Shown here piece by piece: positions 8,719 to 17,031 of a DNA stretch of 36,161 nt. Under the pieces are notes generated by a model. The model was given only the letters and a program-made list of their open reading frames with translations. It made no database searches and had not been told where the DNA came from. Both the position numbers and the translations under genes were made by a program. The stretch is from a virus (Duplodnaviria; Caudoviricetes), in IMG/VR virus record IMGVR_UViG_3300026125_000370, positions 1 to 36,161 of that record; one strand, given 5' to 3'. The first letter of the stretch is position 1. Every line of letters starts with the position of its first letter.

Positions 8719-9644
8719 TCTGGATCTATTATAAATTGTTGATTAGGGTTTCTACTAGGATTTTGGTACACTGTTTTAAAAAACTTACTCTGTTGTGCAT
8801 TTAGTGGATGTTCTGCAATAGGAATTTCCAAATCATGCATTAGAGTTAGTCCTAAACCTTCAATTTCATGAGGGAGCATATTGTCGGAAATTTTACTGTA
8901 TTCATTATTCCAAAGATCGTTGAGATATTCGAAGTCTCGAACTTGAACATAATCCCAATCTGTTAGCATAGTTTTATACAAGCCTTCTCGAGCACCGTAA
9001 ATTGCCCATAGTCCGTTTTCTACATCAGAACCTGTCATTAGCCATATCCATAGTCTATGTAAATTTTTCCAGTGTCCACGTAAAAATTCTTCTTTAGTAG
9101 GTTTAACTCCGCGATCTAGTGCCATTTTAACACCTTCACGAAAACCTGCTCGCCATGCTTGTTGCGGGGTTGCGTTATTATGCACTGTGCTGTACCAACT
9201 ATTTTGCTGGATATAGTTTAAATCCCAGCAAAAATCTACTTGTGCATGAACGTTATCAGGGTCTGCGTTTTCGTGTGTACGCATTTTTAGCACATAATCT
9301 TTAGGCCAGCACTTTAATCCACCGTTTCCGTACATAAGGCCATTGATAACATTCTTCCCGCACCAGCTAATTACGCTGTGTGACAAGTCAGTGTGTTCTT
9401 CGAAGTTTAATTCTTGGTCGAAGAACTTTTCATTTACAATATTGTCAGCATCAACTGTAATAAAACGTTCTGTTTCTGATATGCGGGCACACTCTTTATG
9501 TGCTGCGTCTGATCCTTTTACACCGTGTACACGTTTGGCCCAAGGAATTTTACTACACAAATCTGCATAATTCTTTTCTGCGTTAGGTTCATCATACGAC
9601 AAATATATTATGTCGCAATCAAGTATCTTTAATTTCTTAGTCAT
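8715..9644 (-). CDS. Glycosyltransferase-like protein (GT-A fold), paralogue of 6651..7331
   Basis: DIIYLSYDE, FITVDAD DxD motif, HGVKG, INGLMYGNGGLK, AWRAGFRE. Confidence 0.7.
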   Translation of the reverse strand: MTKKLKILDCDIIYLSYDEPNAEKNYADLCSKIPWAKRVHGVKGSDAAHKECARISETERFITVDADNIVNEKFFDQELNFEEHTDLSHSVISWCGKNVINGLMYGNGGLKCWPKDYVLKMRTHENADPDNVHAQVDFCWDLNYIQQNSWYSTVHNNATPQQAWRAGFREGVKMALDRGVKPTKEEFLRGHWKNLHRLWIWLMTGSDVENGLWAIYGAREGLYKTMLTDWDYVQVRDFEYLNDLWNNEYSKISDNMLPHEIEGLGLTLMHDLEIPIAEHPLNAQQSKFFKTVYQNPSRNPNQQFIIDPE

Positions 9645-10233
9645 TTTTTATCTCGTGGCTGTAAATGTCAAACTTTCTATTAGTATATACACTAATTTTT
9701 CCAGTTGTGTACTCATCTTGAGTTACAAAGTCAAACTCAACACTATCGTTAGATACAACATCGTTAATACTTACATAAAAGTGATTGTATAATATGTTAG
9801 GGTTTCCGTATTGTGTTACACTAAAGAACATAACTTCTTCCATACGAGGACCGACATTTGACATAGACCTTTTGATTTCATCGCTTGCACGTATAACCCA
9901 TTTAGACCTTTTAATATCTTGCTCTACAATAATTTGCGGATACGACGAGTTATTAATTTGAAATATGTGATCGTCAACAAATACATGAATAGATTCTTCA
10001 TCACTGATAATTTCATATCTTTGTTCTTTAACGTTGAACACTACTTTATGTTTAGTCATATTACGTGTACCTACAAGAAAATCTTCTACTTCTTGTACTG
10101 GTACTTCAAACCAATCATGTTCGCACTCAATTGCTTTATTAGTAATTGAAAATATTTTTCCTGTATCTTTAACAAAGTATACACGATACGTTGTAATTGC
10201 CTGAGGCATCTTAAATTTAACTTTGTACAGCAT
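9637..10233 (-). CDS. Hypothetical protein (198 aa)
   Basis: GGAG RBS, overlaps both neighbours by 8-17 nt; no motif recognised. Confidence 0.8.
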   Translation of the reverse strand: MLYKVKFKMPQAITTYRVYFVKDTGKIFSITNKAIECEHDWFEVPVQEVEDFLVGTRNMTKHKVVFNVKEQRYEIISDEESIHVFVDDHIFQINNSSYPQIIVEQDIKRSKWVIRASDEIKRSMSNVGPRMEEVMFFSVTQYGNPNILYNHFYVSINDVVSNDSVEFDFVTQDEYTTGKISVYTNRKFDIYSHEIKND

Positions 10234-11074
10234 AACTTACTCCATGATAATCACAGTACTGTTTTATAACACTCTGCCTAACAAAGTCTTTTTCTGTGTA
10301 ATGAAATAGTCCTTGCTGTTTATAATTTCCAATATACAATTCTAGATCTCTATTTAGATATGCACCGACTTTAGACTGCCAGCGTTCGCTTAATCTATTC
10401 CAACCTTGTATGTTAGGCTTCATGTGGACAAATGTAGGCCTATTATATAGGCGTTTTCCTGCTGTAACCTGTTCTTTACAATCTAACATATTGGTTACTA
10501 TTCCAACAGTTGTATCCATACTAGGGTGAGATTGAATAAGACGTCCGTTTATCTTATAGAATTCTTCCCAATTTTCGGTTACTTGGCTTAAAAGTTCATA
10601 GAACTTAAAAGAAAACGTGTTTTTACGAAAATAACTAAATGCAGTATACAAACTTGGAAGATTATTTTTAGTGTAATTCTTTCTATAAAAGTCTCCCGAT
10701 ACTACATTTCCCCTATAATCCAAAACCTGATCAGTATAGAAAACATCGTACTGCGACATTACTTTACATTGCTCACTAATATCTGTGAGAACTAGCATAT
10801 CAGTATCTAGTATAACTGCTTCGTCAAACGGTGATGCATGTATTATTTTCCATCTGTTGTGTATTTTCCAGTCAGAATTAACTGCACTGTCGCCCCAAGG
10901 TATAGGAACAATGTGTTCGAAGAATTGCTGGTATGCTACCGGGACTACATCATTAGTGATTAACGCAATCTTTGAGTTAGGCATTGTTTTCTTAATGCTC
11001 ATTGCACACAAGGACGCTTGTAGCACATAATCAGATTGTAGGTTATTTTGAGCTAGCATTATAAAATTATACAT
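10217..11074 (-). CDS. Glycosyltransferase-like protein (GT8/mannosyltransferase-like GT-A), paralogue of 11067..11894
   Basis: DYVLQASLCAMSIK, IALITND, ASPFDEAVILDTDMLV (SPF..LDxD signature), FVHMK late His. Confidence 0.75.
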   Translation of the reverse strand: MYNFIMLAQNNLQSDYVLQASLCAMSIKKTMPNSKIALITNDVVPVAYQQFFEHIVPIPWGDSAVNSDWKIHNRWKIIHASPFDEAVILDTDMLVLTDISEQCKVMSQYDVFYTDQVLDYRGNVVSGDFYRKNYTKNNLPSLYTAFSYFRKNTFSFKFYELLSQVTENWEEFYKINGRLIQSHPSMDTTVGIVTNMLDCKEQVTAGKRLYNRPTFVHMKPNIQGWNRLSERWQSKVGAYLNRDLELYIGNYKQQGLFHYTEKDFVRQSVIKQYCDYHGVSYAVQS

Positions 11075-11894
11075 TTATATGCTCCGCTACACTAAATTTG
11101 TTCATAACGTGAATGCTTCTGCCTTTAAACTTTGCTAGTGTATATTGCCCTAAGAAATTCTCTTTTTCTAACAGAAATGTAAACTCATCGCCGTTAAGGT
11201 TGTGCAATATATCTTTGTCTGTTGTATAGAATAATTTGCCCGGAAGCTTTTTTGCAAACTCTCCTTGCATAAATCCGTTCATAATATGAATAGCAATACT
11301 GAATACATGATCGTTTCGATATACAGGAGTTTCTAATCTGTATATCTGTCTATAGTGTGTCCAGTAAGTTTGTATGTGTTGCAATAAATCAAAGAACGTC
11401 TTATTAGATTTGCACTTTGTAAAGTATACACACGTTGCCCAGTAGAAATCTACACCAACATCGCTTATTTTGTCAAACTCGCAGTAATCTCTAAAGCCGG
11501 CAAGATCATATGCATCTTTGTATATCATAAAAGAATTAGGGCTGTCAAAACAGTGTTTAAGCATGTCATCTGCTATGATATAGTCTGTGTCTAATAGCAA
11601 CGTTTGCTCGTACGGAGAAAGGTCATAAGCTTTAGGTCTAGTATCGTTTTTAAATACTAACTTATGCCTTGCCATTGTTCCGTCATTATAACTTTTAGCA
11701 GTTATAGCAGAACTTTTTTCAAATATAATATTGTCAAAATCGCTGTAAACTCTTCCTGCATATTCTACATCGTCAGTTACAATAGTTACAGGTAGGTCCA
11801 GATATTTCTTAGCTCGTTGAGCTAAAAATGCTGCTTGTGCAATGTAATCTACTGCTCTGTTGTTGTAAGCAAAAACTAGTATACCTTTTCTCAT
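11067..11894 (-). CDS. Glycosyltransferase-like protein (GT8/mannosyltransferase-like GT-A), paralogue of 10217..11074
   Basis: RKGILVFA, DYIAQAAFLA, VTIVTDD, LSPYEQTLLLDTDYII, RND, IHVMNK. Confidence 0.75.
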   Translation of the reverse strand: MRKGILVFAYNNRAVDYIAQAAFLAQRAKKYLDLPVTIVTDDVEYAGRVYSDFDNIIFEKSSAITAKSYNDGTMARHKLVFKNDTRPKAYDLSPYEQTLLLDTDYIIADDMLKHCFDSPNSFMIYKDAYDLAGFRDYCEFDKISDVGVDFYWATCVYFTKCKSNKTFFDLLQHIQTYWTHYRQIYRLETPVYRNDHVFSIAIHIMNGFMQGEFAKKLPGKLFYTTDKDILHNLNGDEFTFLLEKENFLGQYTLAKFKGRSIHVMNKFSVAEHINV

Positions 11895-12238
11895 AGATCA
11901 ACTAAACCTTCCACTGATCTTGATTTTTTAAGATCAGTATAATTTTGATAGTATTCGTTCGATGCTTGGAAGTAAACATCTAGGATTTCATCAAGGAATG
12001 TCTCTAAATTTTCAACAAAAAAAGGTATATTATTAGCATCTGTTAAAACAACTTCGTTACGCTTACGTGCTATTAACATGCTACAAAATGATATTAGCGT
12101 TTCTGTAACTTCTATTTCGTAGCCATCTTTGTAATAGATAAGATCTGTTTGATATTTTTCTGCTAACAAACGTTTTTGTGTTGCTAGCGTTGTCATGTAA
12201 TTGCTTCGTTCTAATGCTTGAGATAATTTTTCGTCCAC
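11891..12238 (-). CDS. Hypothetical protein, possibly DUF4376-like tail-fibre assembly chaperone
   Basis: GTG start with AAGGAG RBS; pattern YKDGYEI...LTDANN...long helix...LKKSRSVEGL recalls DUF4376 proteins (recalled resemblance, unverified). Confidence 0.6.
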   Translation of the reverse strand: MDEKLSQALERSNYMTTLATQKRLLAEKYQTDLIYYKDGYEIEVTETLISFCSMLIARKRNEVVLTDANNIPFFVENLETFLDEILDVYFQASNEYYQNYTDLKKSRSVEGLVDL

Positions 12239-12261
12239 AAGATACTCCTTATTTACTAAAC

Positions 12262-12290
12262 ATTATAGTATATAAGTTGTATCTTGTCAA
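12262..12290 (-). promoter_or_regulatory. Consensus sigma70-type promoter at head of the enzyme island
   Basis: Minus strand reads TTGACA-agatacaacttatatac(17 nt)-TATAAT-gtttagtaaat-AAGGAG-tatctt-GTG; -35 at 12290-12285, -10 at 12267-12262. Confidence 0.9.
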
Positions 12291-12294
12291 GCGA

Positions 12295-13356
12295 TTATAA
12301 AGATGAATCTACTGTAATTGCAGGAGAATTTATGTCTAAGAACCCATTTGGATTGATGAAGCTAATTGTGCTTGTAATTGTTCCGGTTACATTTTCATCG
12401 ATAGGAGTAGATACGCCAAACTCGTTGTTCGGATCTTGACTGTCGCCTATGTCAGCATCGTTAAATGAAATATAAAATCTAATAGCGTTATCATCTACTT
12501 CGGCAGCTTCAATGAGATAACTATTTTCTGAATAAACACCAGAACCACTTTTAGTAAAAACAGTTGCTCTGTTAGTAGGACTAGTTGTTGCCCAACTTCT
12601 GTTGATTGTTCTGTCAGTGTATATAATACTTAAATTAGTGTTCGGAGTTCCTGTTCCAGTAGTTGTTGTACCTTGGACACCTATGCTTATAGTACCCATA
12701 GTGTTTAGCATTGTTTGCCAAATCTCGTCTTTTGTTCCCGGCGGAGTTGCAGTTTCGTTGCCCGGCTGGCTTGTACCTCCAGTTAAATTGGCATTAAAGC
12801 GAATTTTGCCGCCTGCATTTGCCCAAACACGTCTGTGATTGTAACTATCCCACTTTACTGTAACAATGTGAGTAATTTGTGTACTCCATGGGCTTGTTCT
12901 AGTACGTTCGTTACCATATGCAGCAGTAATAGCCCCAGGACCAATTGAAAGATAGTTTTGTTCAATTTGTACCGCAGCTTGTTCAAAGTCTAAGAACCCT
13001 TCATTTGTATCGTTTACTGAATTAATAGACGTTCTTTTTCCAGTACCAGGGTCAGCAGGACCTAAGTCAGCAGCATAAACACCTATAATTTCTCCGGTGT
13101 CAGGAGCATTTAATCCGTCCGGTGTAGTCCAAGTTGGAGGATTGCCAGACTGGTGTTTAGCAGCTAGCATAATATCGTTAAATAAATTTTCCATGTCTTG
13201 AGCAGTAATAACGTCATTGTCTGCCATTAGGCTGCTGCTTAGTGTTTGGCCGTAGCCAAATTCAGCGCCATCGCCAAAGCCTACAACTTTGCTTACTCTG
13301 GCCCTAATAGCATTATATGTCGATGCTGTAATTAACTTATCTACTTCTGCTGCCAT
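12295..13356 (-). CDS. Putative virion structural protein, paralogue of the N-half of 13367..15478
   Basis: Gly/Thr/Asp-rich; shared blocks NAPDxGExIGxxAADLG, EGFLDF, KDEIWQTMLNTMG, GSGVYSEN, DENVTGTITST; directly follows fibre genes. Confidence 0.75.
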   Translation of the reverse strand: MAAEVDKLITASTYNAIRARVSKVVGFGDGAEFGYGQTLSSSLMADNDVITAQDMENLFNDIMLAAKHQSGNPPTWTTPDGLNAPDTGEIIGVYAADLGPADPGTGKRTSINSVNDTNEGFLDFEQAAVQIEQNYLSIGPGAITAAYGNERTRTSPWSTQITHIVTVKWDSYNHRRVWANAGGKIRFNANLTGGTSQPGNETATPPGTKDEIWQTMLNTMGTISIGVQGTTTTGTGTPNTNLSIIYTDRTINRSWATTSPTNRATVFTKSGSGVYSENSYLIEAAEVDDNAIRFYISFNDADIGDSQDPNNEFGVSTPIDENVTGTITSTISFINPNGFLDINSPAITVDSSL

Positions 13357-13366
13357 TGTTTATTCC

Positions 13367-15478
13367 TTAGGTTGCTTCATATTCAAATCTAACAATTTTG
13401 TTAACTAGCACGTCACCTGTAGAGTTGCGTCTAATTTCTACTCTTAACCCTACATCTACATAAGGATAGTAGCTGCCCGTCTTAACATCAGAAAGACCTA
13501 ATGTTATAATTCCAGTTGGCGAGAATGTTGTCCAGTCTCGCAGTCCTACAATTGTTGACGGATTGAGTGCAGGGTTACTATCGTCAGTTACAGTTACTTT
13601 TATATCATAATCATCTGCACTAGCACTTGAATCTAGCCAATCGCCTAGTATAGTAGTTTCATTAGAACACCCCATAGGTATTGATCTAAACCTTTCTAAC
13701 TGGCCATCACCTCCAAACTCAAGTAGAGCATACATTCCTGTTCCTGATGGACATGTAACAGATGACGAACCAGTTACTCGGGATGGGATAATGGCGCTAT
13801 TAATCAACACTGGAGTGGTACTTGTGTCGTTTACTGTTACTGTTGTTGTCTTTCCAGCAGCAGTAAATGTAATAGTTTCCTCATCTTCAGTTGTAAGATC
13901 GTTTGCAAGTGTAATAGATACACTGCCTGATGCATTTGCATAAGTTCCTGATGTTGTAATTACATCAGTTAATAATCCCGCTGATAGATCAGCTGCATTA
14001 ATACCAGTAATTGTATATGCAAACGATCCTGGGTTGACATTTTCTGTTGTTAATGTGAATGATACTACTGTACCTTCGTCGGCGGTTGCTGGACTACTTG
14101 TTAGAGTGTATTTAGGTGTTTTGCTAATATCCGAAATGTCAACACTTACTTCTGCTTCACCATTGTTCAATGCCAGTACCAAAGTTTCAGTACCTTCTGT
14201 TAGTGAGTCAGCTTTAATATTAAAGGTTAAAGTCCTAGTATTATTCTGTATGTTAAAGTTACCTGTAATATCACCGCTAACTAAATCAGCCGATGATATT
14301 CCTGTAATTGTGTAAGGAACATTTGTGCCATTTGGCACGTTTGATGTGTTTAGTGTAATGTTAAGATCAGATCCTTCGTCGACAGAACCTGTTGCAATTA
14401 GAGTATAACTTGCAGGATTAGAACCTTCAAGAACACTTATAGATTGTGATCCTGGATGTGAAAGACCTAGCGCACCAGTTGCGGTTCTGCACGAAACTGT
14501 GCTAGTAATAGTACCGGTTACGTTTTCGTCTACCGGAGTACCTTCACCTGGGAATCCTAAATCAGCATCTCTATTGTCGCCTAAATCCGAGTCACTAAAT
14601 GTAATAGTGAAACGAATTTTGTTAGGCGCTGTTTGAGGAGCTACAGCAGGTAGTAGTCGTGCTTGTATTTTGTAAAAGTTTTCTGAGTATACGCCCGAAC
14701 CTTCTTTGATAAAAATTTGTCTATCTTCAGTTTCATTTATATCGTATGCGCCAATATCTGCTCTAGCAGATCCAGACCCTGTAGTAGTTGTACCTGTTCT
14801 ACCAAATCGAATACTACCCATTGTATTAAGCATAGTTTGCCAAATTTCATCTTTTTGGTATGCTGGAGAACTAGGATACGTTGCAGTTTGATTACCCGAA
14901 ACTGTATTGCCTCCAGTTAAAACAGCATCAAACTGAATGTATCCGCCGGAATTAAAGAAGTAGCGTCCTTCATCATTGTTAGACCATACTACATCAACAA
15001 TATGCGTTATAGTGCCATTCCATGCTGAAGTTCTAGTAGAAGTTTTAAGGACTTGATAGCTAGTTTGATCTGCACCTACGGCATATTTGTCATCGTCAAT
15101 ATCTTGTGCTGCTTGCGCAAAGTCTAAGAAACCTTCTGCTACATCTCTTGTAGCATCAGCACTTGTGCCGCCGGTGCCTAAATCAGCAGCAAATGCACCA
15201 ATATATTCGCCTGCATCAGGAGCATTAATACCGTCATCTGGAGTATCCCAGGTAAAATTAGTACCTCGTTGATGTGTTCTTGCTCTAACTAAGTCGTTAT
15301 AAAGCGAATCTATCAAAGATGCATCTATAACATCGCCTACGGATACAGGAGAACTTTCAAGCGTTCTCCCGTAACCTACTTGTGGATCTGATCCGTCATC
15401 TCCTAGTACTTTTTTGATTTTATTATGTATAGCGTTATAGTCGCTTGCACCTACTAGGTTACCTACACCGATCGCCAT
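13367..15478 (-). CDS. Putative virion structural protein with two Ig-like (Calx-beta-like) repeats
   Basis: N-half paralogous to 12295..13356; two ~100-aa repeats YTL...DEG...TLxTxNV...YTITGIxxADL...DxxTExxET at about 14410-13815; AGGAG RBS. Confidence 0.78.
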   Translation of the reverse strand: MAIGVGNLVGASDYNAIHNKIKKVLGDDGSDPQVGYGRTLESSPVSVGDVIDASLIDSLYNDLVRARTHQRGTNFTWDTPDDGINAPDAGEYIGAFAADLGTGGTSADATRDVAEGFLDFAQAAQDIDDDKYAVGADQTSYQVLKTSTRTSAWNGTITHIVDVVWSNNDEGRYFFNSGGYIQFDAVLTGGNTVSGNQTATYPSSPAYQKDEIWQTMLNTMGSIRFGRTGTTTTGSGSARADIGAYDINETEDRQIFIKEGSGVYSENFYKIQARLLPAVAPQTAPNKIRFTITFSDSDLGDNRDADLGFPGEGTPVDENVTGTITSTVSCRTATGALGLSHPGSQSISVLEGSNPASYTLIATGSVDEGSDLNITLNTSNVPNGTNVPYTITGISSADLVSGDITGNFNIQNNTRTLTFNIKADSLTEGTETLVLALNNGEAEVSVDISDISKTPKYTLTSSPATADEGTVVSFTLTTENVNPGSFAYTITGINAADLSAGLLTDVITTSGTYANASGSVSITLANDLTTEDEETITFTAAGKTTTVTVNDTSTTPVLINSAIIPSRVTGSSSVTCPSGTGMYALLEFGGDGQLERFRSIPMGCSNETTILGDWLDSSASADDYDIKVTVTDDSNPALNPSTIVGLRDWTTFSPTGIITLGLSDVKTGSYYPYVDVGLRVEIRRNSTGDVLVNKIVRFEYEAT

Positions 15479-15506
15479 TCTTTAACTCCTAATAATTAAC
15501 TACGTG

Positions 15507-15514
15507 TATTTATA
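15507..15514 (-). promoter_or_regulatory. T4-type late promoter box TATAAATA
   Basis: Minus strand cTATAAATAc overlapping the TAA stop of 15510..17006, about 30 nt before the next ATG. Confidence 0.6.
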
Positions 15515-17006
15515 GTTTAAGAATAGCTTCTACTAATTTTTCTGATTCAGTGTCGCTTGACTCTAGTGCTACACCTACTGTAGGATTTCCAGTGTACGTT
15601 GTGCTTGCACAACCGTGTGCATCTACGTATAAGATATCACCTTTCTTAACAGTACCAAGTACTCTTACAGGAACACGACCTTCAAGTGCAATTGCTTGTC
15701 CGCCTTCTAGATCTTTATTCATCAAAAATGCAGGTTCTGCTGATATAACACCAACCGGAAAGCCACTTAGTTTGCATGGGCAAATTTCGTGATCTTCGTG
15801 CTCACAAACTGCCATTACAGTTCCTACAGGATGTATATGCTCAACTGTATATTTTTCTGCCAAGTCAGCAAAACGTGCTTGAGACGCAATACCGTTAAAT
15901 ATGTCTGCTGTAATAGTTTTATCAGAGTCACGTACTGCAATGGTACCTGCAACGTTTGCTTCTGATGCATAACGGTAGTCATCGCCTGAAGTTCCGTGGC
16001 GCAATTCTAGTGCTTTGTCTGCAATACCTTTAAAGCTAGTTGCATATACTTCGTTAAACTTAAGACTCGAACCACCCAAATCAATAGTGTTATCTACTAT
16101 AGGAAAAACACCGTCGTGTTTAATTCTAATGCTTGTAGTTAAGCTACCTTGTGCATTTTGAGTCCTAAATCTAATGTCATTGTCAGGACCACTGTTGTTA
16201 ATAAGAACACCGTAGTCTTCATCACCTGCAATACCGTCTTCTACTGAAAAACTAAATACTCCGCCGGCAATAATACCAGATGCGGCTGCTTCGATTTGTA
16301 CGTCAAAGCTCGGATCACCTGTCCTAGCAAACTCGCTTGCATTTAATCCGCCTAGTTTAACAGCATTAGTTGCAGTGCCGTGGAATCTATATTGTGATGT
16401 AGTTTCACCGTTTTCGTTATCGGTGTCACGCAATGTAATCCCTTGTCGAATTGTACCAAATCCGTCGATATTGTTTCCTGATAAGTTTTTAATAGTAAAT
16501 TCATTAGGAGAAATTACATGTACAGGAACATCATTAATGTAAGCAACAATAACCGATCTACTTACGTCTGTTGTATCAATTACAGTCTGGCTGACCATTT
16601 GGGTAATGCCGTCGCCAGCGTCTTGCGGTCCGATTAGAATAAATTCTGTTCCGTTAAACACATACAGTTGTTCGTTTCCGCTATCCCACCAAAAGTCGCC
16701 AGTTGCCAAACCTGCTGGTTGACTTGCACTAACTTCAGCACCGCCTACTGTGCGCCATTTGTTATTACTGTCGCGGAATTTCATGCGCTGTGCTGCGGTG
16801 TCAAACCAAAGCTGTCCGCTAATTGGTTTCGGCGGCTCGTTAGCACCGCTAAAGTTTTCTAATAGAAATAGAAAGTTTTCGTTGTGTGCTTCGCCGTAGC
16901 CTGCGTAGTTTTTACCTACAAATTTAATATCTGTTGTTTCGTCGAGCGTTCCATCTTCGACAGTTGTTAATAGTGATCGGTTAAATCTATTAATTTGATA
17001 TGCCAT
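15510..17006 (-). CDS. Tail fibre/appendage protein with C-terminal peptidase G2-like intramolecular chaperone
   Basis: Shared fibre N-module (GKNYAGYGE..NENFLFLLENFS...GQLWFD); C-terminal ADLAEKY...VGVIS..P...ALEGRVPVRV.G.VKKGD.L. Confidence 0.8.
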   Translation of the reverse strand: MAYQINRFNRSLLTTVEDGTLDETTDIKFVGKNYAGYGEAHNENFLFLLENFSGANEPPKPISGQLWFDTAAQRMKFRDSNNKWRTVGGAEVSASQPAGLATGDFWWDSGNEQLYVFNGTEFILIGPQDAGDGITQMVSQTVIDTTDVSRSVIVAYINDVPVHVISPNEFTIKNLSGNNIDGFGTIRQGITLRDTDNENGETTSQYRFHGTATNAVKLGGLNASEFARTGDPSFDVQIEAAASGIIAGGVFSFSVEDGIAGDEDYGVLINNSGPDNDIRFRTQNAQGSLTTSIRIKHDGVFPIVDNTIDLGGSSLKFNEVYATSFKGIADKALELRHGTSGDDYRYASEANVAGTIAVRDSDKTITADIFNGIASQARFADLAEKYTVEHIHPVGTVMAVCEHEDHEICPCKLSGFPVGVISAEPAFLMNKDLEGGQAIALEGRVPVRVLGTVKKGDILYVDAHGCASTTYTGNPTVGVALESSDTESEKLVEAILKL

Positions 17007-17031
17007 TTTTGCATTACCCCTGATGTCTGTA

